Source of the DNA: Treponemataceae bacterium
GTDB taxonomy: Bacteria > Spirochaetota > Spirochaetia > Treponematales > Rectinemataceae
Direction of reading: 5' to 3'
NCBI GenBank assembly: GCA_963678065.2
Contig: CAXXVZ010000003.1
Span: forward strand, 2,112,001 to 2,176,000
DNA: 64,000 nt
Positions 55,262-64,000 of this stretch are shown here, piece by piece; positions within the stretch are counted from its first letter, which is position 1; each line of letters starts with the position of its first letter. The notes under the pieces were generated by a model. It worked only from the letters and a program-made list of their open reading frames with translations, made no database searches and was not told the origin of the DNA. Made by a program: the position numbers and the translations under genes.

Positions 55262-56857
55262 TCACTTTCTCTTTTTCCTGCGCGCGAAGGCCCTCACTAT
55301 CGACGCGGCTACGGGATCCTTCGTCAAAAACAGAATTCCCGCCATAAGAGCGAGAAACACGATGGTTTCGGCCAGGAATGGCATCCCCGCGTATATCAGC
55401 CTCGATCGGGAGGCGGAAAACGCCGAAAGAAAAAGCGGGCGGATGAGCAGGATCGGGGCAGCTCCCACCAATGAGTACAAGAGAATCTTGCCGGAATAGC
55501 CCAGGGTTTTCCCGAAGGCGCTCTTCAGCCCATGCATGCCGGAGCGGAGTAGAGCCCACGAAAGCATGGCCGTGTTGGCGAGGCTCGCGACGGAGAGGGC
55601 TATGGCGATGCCAGGTCCCTTCAGAAGCCCGACGAGGAGGAGGGCGACGAGGATATTGACGATGAAACTGATTATTCCGGCGTAAGTCGGGGTCTTCGTG
55701 TCAGAGCGGGCATAGAAGGCAGGGGCGATGACGCGGTTCATCGCGATGAACAGGAGCCCGGTCTGGTGCCAGAAGAAGACAGAAGCTGTCATGCGGACGG
55801 ATTCGTCTCCGAACTCCCTGGCTTTGAACAGAAGCGTGACGATGTCGCGACCCGTGATCATGGAAAAGACGGCGACGGGAATCGTCGCGAGGACCATGGA
55901 TTCCATGGCGTGGCCGAGGCGCTCGGAGAATGTGTCCCAATCGAGCTTGCGGGCCGCGTCGGCGAGCTCCGGCAGCAGCACCGTGCTGGTGGCGACGGCG
56001 AACACGCCGAGAATGAGTTCCTGGAGCCGGAGCGAATACTGGAGGCTGGAGGCGACGCCCGTTCCCGCGCGGGAAGCGAGGGCGGTGCTGACTATGTCGT
56101 TGATCTGATAGGCAGCCATGCCGACGATGGTCGGGGCGACGAGCGACATGACCTTGCGCATGCCCGGATTGCGGAAAGCCTTCCCGAGCGGCATGAACCC
56201 GAATCGATAGCCGGTCCTGAGGACTGCAGGAAGCTGACAGACCGCCTGGGCCACGCCTCCCACAACGACAGCCACGGCCATCGCGCGCGCAGGATTTCCG
56301 GCAAGTCCGCCGATGAGCCAGGGCACCCCTATGAAACAGACATTGAAGAGGATAGGCGCTATGCCTGAAGGCGTGAAAACGCCGATGGAGTTCAGTATCC
56401 CCTGCAGGAGCGCGGCCACGGAGACGAGGGCCAGGAAGGGGAACATGATGCGCGTCAGAACCGTCGTTTCGGCGGGATCGGACCCGAAGGCCCTGACTAT
56501 CCAGGGGGCGAGGGCGATGCCGAGGGCCACGACGCAGCCTACGAGGACAGTGAGGACGGTCAGGGTGGCGGAGAGGAATTCATTCGTCGCCTTTTCGTCA
56601 TTCGCGTGGAGGTAGCCCTTGAAGGTGGGGATGAAGGCTACGGTGACGGAACCCTCTGCGAAGAGCCTGCGCATGAAATTGGGAATGACGAAAGAGACGG
56701 CGAAAGCGTCCGAGAGGGGGCCAGTCCCGAGGAGGGCTGCCTTCGTCATCTCGCGGACAAGGCCGAGGACGCGGGAAATCATGGTGAGAACGGACAGTTT
56801 GCCCGCGTTTCTCATCATCCGCGACGCGGCTGTGTCGTTCTTTTTCTCGTCGGGCAT
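55262..56857 (-). CDS. murJ: Lipid II flippase MurJ
   Basis: SRVLGLVRE, PNFMRRLFAEG, FYARSDTKTP; start 56857 inferred. Confidence 0.93.
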   Translation of the reverse strand: MPDEKKNDTAASRMMRNAGKLSVLTMISRVLGLVREMTKAALLGTGPLSDAFAVSFVIPNFMRRLFAEGSVTVAFIPTFKGYLHANDEKATNEFLSATLTVLTVLVGCVVALGIALAPWIVRAFGSDPAETTVLTRIMFPFLALVSVAALLQGILNSIGVFTPSGIAPILFNVCFIGVPWLIGGLAGNPARAMAVAVVVGGVAQAVCQLPAVLRTGYRFGFMPLGKAFRNPGMRKVMSLVAPTIVGMAAYQINDIVSTALASRAGTGVASSLQYSLRLQELILGVFAVATSTVLLPELADAARKLDWDTFSERLGHAMESMVLATIPVAVFSMITGRDIVTLLFKAREFGDESVRMTASVFFWHQTGLLFIAMNRVIAPAFYARSDTKTPTYAGIISFIVNILVALLLVGLLKGPGIAIALSVASLANTAMLSWALLRSGMHGLKSAFGKTLGYSGKILLYSLVGAAPILLIRPLFLSAFSASRSRLIYAGMPFLAETIVFLALMAGILFLTKDPVAASIVRAFARRKKRK

Positions 56858-56981
56858 GAGAGCGAGACTACTCCGAACGGGTATTCCACCACAAGGACGG
56901 GGCCTGAGGCTGTCGGCCGGAAAGGCGTCCCGCCACTCCCCCTTCAACATTTTCCCGCTCCGGGAGTATAGATTAAGGATC

Positions 56982-57806
56982 ATGAATATCGACCTCATCG
57001 CCCTCGACCTCGACGACACTCTCCTGCGCGCCGATCTGACCATATCTCCCGCCAACCGCGCGGCCCTCCGCGAAGCGGAAGAGGCCGGTGTGGAACTCGT
57101 CCTGGCCTCAGGACGGAACATCCACTCCATGCGCGCCTACGCCGATCAGATAGGGCTCAGCAAGCGGGGGGACTTTCTCATCTGCTCCAACGGAGCCGAG
57201 ATCCTTGCCGCGGATACGGGCGAAGTCCTGGAGAGACTCATGCTCTCGCCGGAGCTCTGCCGAGAGGCGGCGGCCGCGATCGAGAAGGAAGGATTCCCCT
57301 GGCAGGTCTATGTCGACGGACGCATCTACTGCAGCGAAGTGAATTCCTGGGCCGAAAAAGACGGGTACCTGACAGGGCAGCCCGTCCTTCCGGCCGGCGA
57401 CAGGGAATCGCTTTTCCGCTCGGGTCAGATCAAGTTCGTGGTTCCGGGCGAACCGGCGCGCATAACCGCGCTGCTCGGGGTACTCTCGGCGCAGTTCGCG
57501 GGCCGGGCCGAAGTCCTGACGTCCAAACCCTACTTTCTCGAAGTATTGCCCCTCGGGGCGGACAAGGGAGAGGCTCTCTCCCGGCTCGCGCGCCGGCTCG
57601 GCATACCGATGGGGCGGGTGATGGCCATCGGGGATGCCATGAACGATCTCGGAATGATCCGCGTGGCCGGTTGGGGCTGCGCGCCCGCGAACGCCATCGA
57701 GTCCGTCAAGGAAGCAGCGCGGGTCGTCTCTCCCCTCACGAACGAGGATGACGCCGTCGCATCCCTCGTCAGATCGCTCGCCCTTGAGGGGCGGGAGCGC
57801 ACCTGA
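56982..57806 (+). CDS. Cof-type HAD-IIB hydrolase
   Basis: ALDLDDTLL, ASGR, ICSNGA, DKGEAL, AIGDAMNDLGMI. Confidence 0.9.
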   Translation: MNIDLIALDLDDTLLRADLTISPANRAALREAEEAGVELVLASGRNIHSMRAYADQIGLSKRGDFLICSNGAEILAADTGEVLERLMLSPELCREAAAAIEKEGFPWQVYVDGRIYCSEVNSWAEKDGYLTGQPVLPAGDRESLFRSGQIKFVVPGEPARITALLGVLSAQFAGRAEVLTSKPYFLEVLPLGADKGEALSRLARRLGIPMGRVMAIGDAMNDLGMIRVAGWGCAPANAIESVKEAARVVSPLTNEDDAVASLVRSLALEGRERT

Positions 57807-57822
57807 TCCGGGCAACGCCAGC

Positions 57823-58623
57823 CTATCTGCCAAGTCCGGCCAGAAACTCCATGAGGTATTGCTGGACGCCTCCGAAATACTCCTTCTGAAGGGCGACGGC
57901 CTCGAGGCCGATATAGCGGTAATGCCAGCTCTCCCACAGATAACCGGTCACAGGCTCCAGTCCGCGGGGATAGGACTGGGAGAAGCCGAAGCGGGAGGCG
58001 TTGGCTTCGAGCCAGATGCCCGCCTTGGTCTTGGCGAAGGAATTGTCGATCGAGCCGAAGTCGATGGCCGTTCCCAGCTGATGCTGCGATTGTCCCGGAC
58101 GCGCTGAAACGCGGGAAGCCTCGGACTCACCCATCTCCTTGACGTTTCGCGCGAACACTTCGGTCTGATAGGCGTAGGAGCGGTAGGTCGACGACACGAC
58201 GAGAACGATCCCTTCGGATCGGGCGGCCTTGTCCATTCTGAAGAGGGCTTCCATGACTGGCTTGCGAAGGTTCAGCCCCTTTTTCGCGACGGAGAGACCC
58301 GATCCGTCGAGGCCCGTCAGCCCCTGCGGGACGAAATCGGCGGAAAGACCTGTATTCTTGTCCACAAGGCAGAGCAAGCCGGGATCTGCCGCCATGGCAG
58401 CGGTCACGGCGCCGAGAAGGACTTCGAAACGCCCCGGCGAGGCTTTGATCCGTTTCATGATGGCGCCTGCTTCGGCTTTGGCCGAGCGGGTCGACTCGAG
58501 AATGGCTTTGTACACGGGCAGCCGGGCAGTTGCAGCTCCGCCGCCACCGTTGCCCGCTTCGGATGGCGCGCAGGCATAGAACAGCATGATCGCTGTCAGG
58601 ACCACCGGACCGGAAATCTTCAT
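57823..58623 (-). CDS. M15 (VanY-like) D-Ala-D-Ala carboxypeptidase, probable lipoprotein
   Basis: SSTYRSY, ARPGQSQHQLGTAID, WESWHYRYIG; LFYAC lipobox-like. Confidence 0.87.
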   Translation of the reverse strand: MKISGPVVLTAIMLFYACAPSEAGNGGGGAATARLPVYKAILESTRSAKAEAGAIMKRIKASPGRFEVLLGAVTAAMAADPGLLCLVDKNTGLSADFVPQGLTGLDGSGLSVAKKGLNLRKPVMEALFRMDKAARSEGIVLVVSSTYRSYAYQTEVFARNVKEMGESEASRVSARPGQSQHQLGTAIDFGSIDNSFAKTKAGIWLEANASRFGFSQSYPRGLEPVTGYLWESWHYRYIGLEAVALQKEYFGGVQQYLMEFLAGLGR

Positions 58624-58806
58624 GCCGGGGACTATACCGCCGGAAAGGAGAGAATGGGAAGGCGGGATTCTCCCATCTTTCCGGACTCTCCGAATCCTCT
58701 TGGCCACCCCTGCACAGCCTGACCGCTGCCTCGACCGGGCGCTCTTCAAAATGGGTTGCAGCCTGCCCCCTTGCCTTCCACGCCGGGAAAGACCATTCTC
58801 GGTCCC

Positions 58807-59607
58807 GTGAAACACAGAGACTACCAGGCATTTGTCGCGATCAGGGAAGAGTTCAGGGCGCTTGTATCGGGGATGAACTCGCGCGCTCCCTGGCTTTCAG
58901 CCCTTCAGGATGTTCTGCGGATCGACTGCGGTTACGACGATTACGCCATCGAAACCCCTGTCGTGTTCAACGGAGAGCTAGACGATGTCGGCCCCGAGAC
59001 CGAACCCCGCTTCATCGTCGTCGCGGACAATCCAGGAAAAAAGGAACAACTGTCGATAAACCGGCGCTACCTTGTCGGCCAGTCCGGAAAGCTCGCCGCG
59101 GGATGGTTCGACAGGGAGCTGGGCCTGGATTTCAGGAAAGAGGTCATCATCCTCAACAAGACGCCCATCCATACCCCGAAGACGGCCGAATTGCGCAAGC
59201 TTCTCGCCGTAGCCGGACCGCGGCGCAAAGAATTGGCCGTTATGCTCGAAGAGAGTCAGGTGACAATGGCCAGGCTGGCTTTCCGCCTTCAGGCCTGCCT
59301 CGGCTGCCCCGTCTGGATCTCGGGGTACGGAGAACTCGGTAGCCGCGGGCTCTTCTTCCCCTACGCCCGGGAGATCACGAGACTGTACGCGTCGGCCCCG
59401 GAGCGGCAGAGGGATGCTCTCTGGCTTTTCAGACACTTTTCGATGAACCAGTTCGCAATCGAGATGCGACTGAAAGCGGATCCTGTCGGGGACCATGCGG
59501 CGGGGGACTCGAATACGGACATTCCTCCGGCTGATCCGCGAGCGCGGACGCTCGTCGCATTGAGGCGAATCGGAACGGAAAACAGGAAGAGGATACTGGG
59601 GTTCTGA
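58807..59607 (+). CDS. Hypothetical protein with uracil-DNA glycosylase-like motifs
   Basis: IVVADNPGKKE, LVGQSG, ILNKTP, FRHFS resemble UDG superfamily motifs; GTG start inferred. Confidence 0.55.
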   Translation: MKHRDYQAFVAIREEFRALVSGMNSRAPWLSALQDVLRIDCGYDDYAIETPVVFNGELDDVGPETEPRFIVVADNPGKKEQLSINRRYLVGQSGKLAAGWFDRELGLDFRKEVIILNKTPIHTPKTAELRKLLAVAGPRRKELAVMLEESQVTMARLAFRLQACLGCPVWISGYGELGSRGLFFPYAREITRLYASAPERQRDALWLFRHFSMNQFAIEMRLKADPVGDHAAGDSNTDIPPADPRARTLVALRRIGTENRKRILGF

Positions 59608-59636
59608 GCGGGGAAAAACAGGCATGCAAATTGGGT

Positions 59637-60209
59637 TCAGGAATCGGAGTCTGATAGCCTTAGTGGAGTGGAGCGGCCGCCCGCACACAGCTTCAGAATC
59701 ATGCGGTCGCCGTCAGGTGTAAATCCTGCCCTGAGGTACATCGACCGGGCTTCTTCCGTCGGCTGGAGAAACAGTTCGCGCAGACCGATCCGGCGCGCCT
59801 CTGTCAGGGCCAGAGCGACAAGCGCCGAAGCCGCCCCGGACCTGCGGAATGCGGGAAGCGTGTACACCCCCATCAGCTCGGCCCTTCGCGCCCGCCAACT
59901 CCGGACTGCGCTTCCCCTTCCGCGGGGGAACAGAAGGGCGCATGAAGACACCGGCCTGCCCTCTGTTTCGGCGAGCCAGTAGATGGTCTTCCCCGAAGAG
60001 ATTCCGCGGCGGAACATTTCCGACAGACCGGCTCTCAGGGCCGCTTCGTCCTCGGGAGCGATTTCTTTGACCGCGCGCATGAAATCGACGCGGAAGTCGA
60101 CGAGGACGGGTATGTCCTCGTCGCAGGCCAGCCGGAGCTTCAGGGGCAGCCGCGGTCCGGACACCGGGGCGACTTGCCCTGAAATGGACGGCTGCGGCAG
60201 GCCCATCAT
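59637..60209 (-). CDS. GNAT family N-acetyltransferase
   Basis: LRLACDEDIP, VYTLPAFRRSGAAS (acetyl-CoA motif A), SMYLRAGF; begins 2 nt after the NYN stop. Confidence 0.8.
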   Translation of the reverse strand: MMGLPQPSISGQVAPVSGPRLPLKLRLACDEDIPVLVDFRVDFMRAVKEIAPEDEAALRAGLSEMFRRGISSGKTIYWLAETEGRPVSSCALLFPRGRGSAVRSWRARRAELMGVYTLPAFRRSGAASALVALALTEARRIGLRELFLQPTEEARSMYLRAGFTPDGDRMILKLCAGGRSTPLRLSDSDS

Positions 60210-60211
60210 GA

Positions 60212-60964
60212 TCAGCGGGTCTTTGTCTTGAGCCTGAGATAGACCTGCTTCCCGGGATCCATGGGGTTGGCCCTCTCGTCGATATCGAAGAGACTGGAAG
60301 CCTTGATGAGGTCGGCGAGTTTGCGGAAGCCAAAATTGCGCGGGTCGAATTCGGGCTGTCTGTTCGCGATGTAGGTTCCGACCGCACCGAGGTAGGCCCA
60401 CCCGAACTCGTCGGCCGCGTCCTCGACGGCGCTCTTGAGCAGGTTTTCGACTTTCTTGTCGGCCCGGAAATCGGGCGTGCTGGCTTTCGGAACATCCTTC
60501 CCCTCGCGCTCGCTTTCGGGCTCCCGCAGGATCTCCGTGTAGACGAATTTGTCGCACGCGGCGACAAAGGGCTTCGGCGTCTTCCTCTGACCGCAGCCGA
60601 GGACGAGCTTGCCATCCTCGCGCAGACGAGCCGCGAGTCGGGTAAAATCGGAGTCGCTCGACACGATGCAGAAACCGTCGAGGTTCTCGGTGTAGAGCAG
60701 GTCCATCGCGTCGATGATCATGGCGCTGTCGGTCGCATTTTTCCCGGTCGTGTAGGCGAACTGCTGGACCGGCTGGATGGCAAACTCGAGGAGTTTGTCC
60801 TTCCATGACCGGAGATTCGTGCTCGTCCAGTCGCCATAAATGCGTTTTACGCTCGCCACGCCATACTTGGCGATCTCCGCGAGGAGCCCCTCGACGATGA
60901 GGGCCTGGGTATTGTCCGCGTCGATAAGGACGGCCAGCTTGAGCTGGCTCTGTTCGTTTTTCAT
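60212..60964 (-). CDS. NYN domain (PIN-like) protein with C-terminal OST-HTH/LOTUS domain
   Basis: AVLIDADN, RIYGDW, GKNATD, VSSDSDF, FDPRNFGFRKL. Confidence 0.9.
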   Translation of the reverse strand: MKNEQSQLKLAVLIDADNTQALIVEGLLAEIAKYGVASVKRIYGDWTSTNLRSWKDKLLEFAIQPVQQFAYTTGKNATDSAMIIDAMDLLYTENLDGFCIVSSDSDFTRLAARLREDGKLVLGCGQRKTPKPFVAACDKFVYTEILREPESEREGKDVPKASTPDFRADKKVENLLKSAVEDAADEFGWAYLGAVGTYIANRQPEFDPRNFGFRKLADLIKASSLFDIDERANPMDPGKQVYLRLKTKTR

Positions 60965-63204
60965 TATTCTTCTCCAAACAGGGAGGCGCGCACTCTTCTG
61001 ACGGCGCTTGCAGCTCCCAGATTGATCCGCACCGGTCCCCCGGTGGCGAGATCTTCGGCTTCGAGAACCATCCCTTTTTCGGATTTCTCGAGCCTCACAG
61101 GCCGGACCATCAGGCAGACTGCATCGTCACCCGCCGGTCTGTACATGATTTCAAGCCGATCGCCGACCGATTTCAGGGTTTTTTCCACAACCCGGACCTT
61201 GCCCTGGTAATCCAGTCCGCCGGCTTCCTGTCTCTCCGACCTGGCATCGGCTTCCAGCATCTGCGACTCGGTCAGGATGAGTCGCCTGTCGATGCGGTCG
61301 GAAATTTCCCTTCGTTCGCTCTCCGTTTTCACGGCGCCAAGGCCGGCGAGACTCTGTTTCAGCCGGGCGATCATTCTTCCAGGAGCCGGCTGACTCGTCC
61401 GTCCCGGGGCAGCGCCAGACTGGATGCCCGTTCGCGGAGAAGGAAGGGCGAAGCCAAATCCAGGACCGTCTTCGATTACAGCCGAACTCCCCGCTCCTCG
61501 ACCCGGCCTTCTTTCGCGCCGCGACACCGAATCGTCGCTTGCCGGAGCCTCGTTGACGGGTGGCACTTCCAGTCCGGCCTTCAGCAGGGCCCTTTCGAGG
61601 TCCTCCGGGGCGGCCGCCTTGAGGAAGTACACCCCGGGCGCCAGGATTTCCGCGATAAAGGAATCGAGTATGAGCTCATGTTCCAGAATGGGTCGCAGCC
61701 TCTCGTCCGCGACGATCACCGTGCCACGGTATTGTCTGAGCGAATGGAAATCCTTGTCCCACGATTCGAAGGAAAAGGCGAGGCTCTGGGGCAGCGCTCT
61801 GCCGGAGAGTGATTCCAGCCGTTCCCGTATCGAGGCGAGGCTGTGTCCCATGCCGAGGGCCCGGCGGAATCCGCTCCTTTCTGCCTCGAAGCTCCAGACC
61901 CTGCCCAGACTGACGGGTTTCGCGACAAGGCCGACAAAGAGCCTTTCCGCGAGCTCCGCTTCGGGGAGAAGGTGGAGCGCGTGGGTCCCTTCCGTCACCA
62001 GAACGGGTTTCCTGGTTTCGGACCGTTCAGGAATACCGCTTCCCTCCCACCGCAATCCGGTTCCGGAAATCACGAACAGGCCGAGGTTCTCGAGAGCTTC
62101 CACGATTTTCCTAGAGTCGGTCCGGAATCCTGACCTGTAGAGGCAGACTGCCATCCACCGCCCCAGCGCCTGACGCGAAAAGACGAACTGCGGTCCGACG
62201 CCTGTGGCTCGAAGCGAGGCCTCGAGGCAAGCTGACAGCGCCTGTGGATCTTCCCGCACTCCGTTTTCCGTCCAGGAATCGGCGAGAGACAGAGCCAGCC
62301 TGAAGGGGAGTTCCTGCCCCGCTTCGGCGACGATCGACTCGAATGAATCTCCGGCTCGCCTTCCTTCCCCGGAATCGGAGAGAGGCAGGAAGCCGGCCGT
62401 CGCGAGTGCGTTCACCATGGCTTCGATCCGCGCCGTCCCCGCGCCGGGCATGGCCGATGCGAGTTTTTCCAGTCCTTTTTTTGAAATACCCCCATCTTTT
62501 CTGATCCAGCCCGGGTTGTGGTGGAGGAAGCAATACAGGGCTACCGCGAACATTGCCGGCGACCAGGCTTGTGCCGCATTCTGTACGCCGGATACGGACC
62601 CCTCCCGCCCCGAAGCCGGAGTCGACGCCGGTCCGTGGGGGTCCTCGGCGGCCTGACTCTGCCCCGCGCCCGGGGCAGGCGTTTCCGCCGGGCGCGAGTC
62701 GGCAAGAAGATACTCGGGATCGAGAATGACCGGGAGCAGTCGCTGTTCGATGAGGGGATTCAGGGCGACGAGGCGCCTGCCGCCTTCCTGGAACCTGAAC
62801 AGCAGGAGCCTGTCGTTGAGATTCGCGACGCGCAGCCCCAGTTCGAAAAGCGGCAACTCGCCCAGAAAAAAGCCTTTCAGCTCCTCCTCGGGAAGCGGAC
62901 CCGCGAGCCAGGATGTGCCGAGAATGGCTATATCGAGCCCATCGAGCAAGGAGACGAGGGCTTCCCCCGTCTCGGGGCGAAGGAGAAAGCTTTCCAGCCT
63001 CGATACGAGCGTACGCTTGTCGTAGGGTGTCCGTATCTTTCCCAGATAGTTTCTGACCGTCCCGAGCAGTATCTCGCCGTCGCCCGTCATCATGGCGGAA
63101 TACCAGACGTCACGGTCCGGACGCTTGCGCAGACTCGTCCGGTACGCTGTGCCCTCGCGACCGAAACGATCGCCCGGGTAATTCTGGTACTCGGCCCCGC
63201 TCAT
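60964..63204 (-). CDS. XPB helicase-associated protein with probable C-terminal WYL-like domain
   Basis: RRALGMG...LESLSGRALPQSLAFSFESW resembles the Helicase_C_3 domain; C-terminal LEIMY...VRPVRL...LEAED...RINL; ATGA overlap with XPB (true start could be the later MMTGD). Confidence 0.65.
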   Translation of the reverse strand: MSGAEYQNYPGDRFGREGTAYRTSLRKRPDRDVWYSAMMTGDGEILLGTVRNYLGKIRTPYDKRTLVSRLESFLLRPETGEALVSLLDGLDIAILGTSWLAGPLPEEELKGFFLGELPLFELGLRVANLNDRLLLFRFQEGGRRLVALNPLIEQRLLPVILDPEYLLADSRPAETPAPGAGQSQAAEDPHGPASTPASGREGSVSGVQNAAQAWSPAMFAVALYCFLHHNPGWIRKDGGISKKGLEKLASAMPGAGTARIEAMVNALATAGFLPLSDSGEGRRAGDSFESIVAEAGQELPFRLALSLADSWTENGVREDPQALSACLEASLRATGVGPQFVFSRQALGRWMAVCLYRSGFRTDSRKIVEALENLGLFVISGTGLRWEGSGIPERSETRKPVLVTEGTHALHLLPEAELAERLFVGLVAKPVSLGRVWSFEAERSGFRRALGMGHSLASIRERLESLSGRALPQSLAFSFESWDKDFHSLRQYRGTVIVADERLRPILEHELILDSFIAEILAPGVYFLKAAAPEDLERALLKAGLEVPPVNEAPASDDSVSRRERRPGRGAGSSAVIEDGPGFGFALPSPRTGIQSGAAPGRTSQPAPGRMIARLKQSLAGLGAVKTESERREISDRIDRRLILTESQMLEADARSERQEAGGLDYQGKVRVVEKTLKSVGDRLEIMYRPAGDDAVCLMVRPVRLEKSEKGMVLEAEDLATGGPVRINLGAASAVRRVRASLFGEE

Positions 63205-64000
63205 TCCCATGCCTCGATCTGGTACCGATAACCTTGCTCTGTCAGAAATTTCCGGCGGTTCGACGCGAATTCTTCTTCCACCGTGAAGCGTGTCACGAGT
63301 GAGTAAAACCAGGAGTTTCGCGCCTTGGGTCTGAGAATTCGACCGAGCCGCTGTGCCTCCTCCTGCCGCGAGCCGAAGGAGCCCGAAACCTGGATCGCCA
63401 CCGAGGCATCAGGAAGATCGATGGCAAAATTGGCAACCTTGGAGACTACGATGATCCTCAGTTTTCCCGCTTTGAAATCGCCGTAGATCCTCTCGCGTTC
63501 CGGATTCGGAGTCTTTCCCGTGATGAGAGGAACGCCGAGGTCGCGCGAAATTTTTCCAAGTTGATCGAGGTATTGCCCGATCACGAGGATCTGGTCCTCA
63601 GGGTGATTCTCTGTGAGCTCCCGCACCGCCTCGATCTTGGACTCGTTCTCGGCCGCAATCCTCACTTTATCGCGGGGTTCGGCCACGGCATAGGCGAGAC
63701 TCGCGGCGGAAGGCAGCGGAATCCTTATCTCCCGGCAATACGCTTCCGCGATGAACCCCTTGCGCTCGAGATCCTTCCAGGGCACGTCGTAGCGCTTGGG
63801 ACCTATGAGGCTGAACACATCTTCCTCAAGGCCGTCCTCGCGCACGAGTGTGGCGGTGAGCCCCAGACGGCGCACCGCCTGGATTTCTGCCACGACGCGG
63901 AAGACCGGGGCCGGCAGGAGGTGGACCTCGTCGTAGATCACGAGCCCCCAGTTTTCCCGCCTGAAAAGCTGGAAGTGCGGAAAATCCGCATTTTTGTCCG
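63201..64000 (-). CDS. XPB/Ssl2-like superfamily II DNA helicase (5'-partial, runs off the window)
   Basis: IYDEVHLLPA, LGLTATLVRED, SKVANFAIDLPDA, GSRQEEAQRLGRILRPK. Confidence 0.92.
   Translation of the reverse strand, partial: DKNADFPHFQLFRRENWGLVIYDEVHLLPAPVFRVVAEIQAVRRLGLTATLVREDGLEEDVFSLIGPKRYDVPWKDLERKGFIAEAYCREIRIPLPSAASLAYAVAEPRDKVRIAAENESKIEAVRELTENHPEDQILVIGQYLDQLGKISRDLGVPLITGKTPNPERERIYGDFKAGKLRIIVVSKVANFAIDLPDASVAIQVSGSFGSRQEEAQRLGRILRPKARNSWFYSLVTRFTVEEEFASNRRKFLTEQGYRYQIEAWE

Noticed and set aside
59637..60977. 446-aa ORF overlapping the whole NYN gene, suggesting a frameshift fusion with GNAT
   Set aside because: The upstream part is Arg/Pro-rich off-frame sequence; GNAT has its own ATG 2 nt after the NYN stop; I saw no convincing slippery site.

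Overview
High-GC bacterial chromosome segment, most likely from a spirochaete (Treponema/Rectinema-like). The inference rests on gene order (tRNA-Thr-rpmG-tRNA-Trp-secE-nusG; secY followed directly by rpmJ without adk/map/infA) and on a small zinc-ribbon gene after rplQ. Positions ~24.6-55.2 kb (minus strand) hold the translation/transcription super-cluster: rif, str, S10, spc and alpha operons. The left arm carries yggT, a DUF72 gene, an RluA-family gene, a PTS-EIIA/CBS + NhaD/ArsB operon, corA, a DMT transporter, hutH, a PPi-type PEP carboxykinase, hutI, an FGE-domain protein, rarD, a liv ABC transporter and a CcdA-like fusion. The right arm carries murJ, a Cof hydrolase, an M15 peptidase, a UDG-like protein and an XPB-partner-NYN-GNAT operon. 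The most notable features missing from the ORF track are: (1) a 25-codon proline-rich, MgtL-like leader ORF plus a terminator-like hairpin upstream of corA, a candidate Mg2+-sensing attenuator; (2) a 56-aa CxxC/CxxC basic protein closing the alpha operon, a probable lineage-specific ribosomal protein; (3) a repeated leaderless-promoter architecture in front of about eight stand-alone genes. The str-operon EF-G is highly divergent and insulated by a terminator. I found no mobile elements, CRISPR arrays or rRNA. All product calls come from motif recognition by eye, not from database searches.
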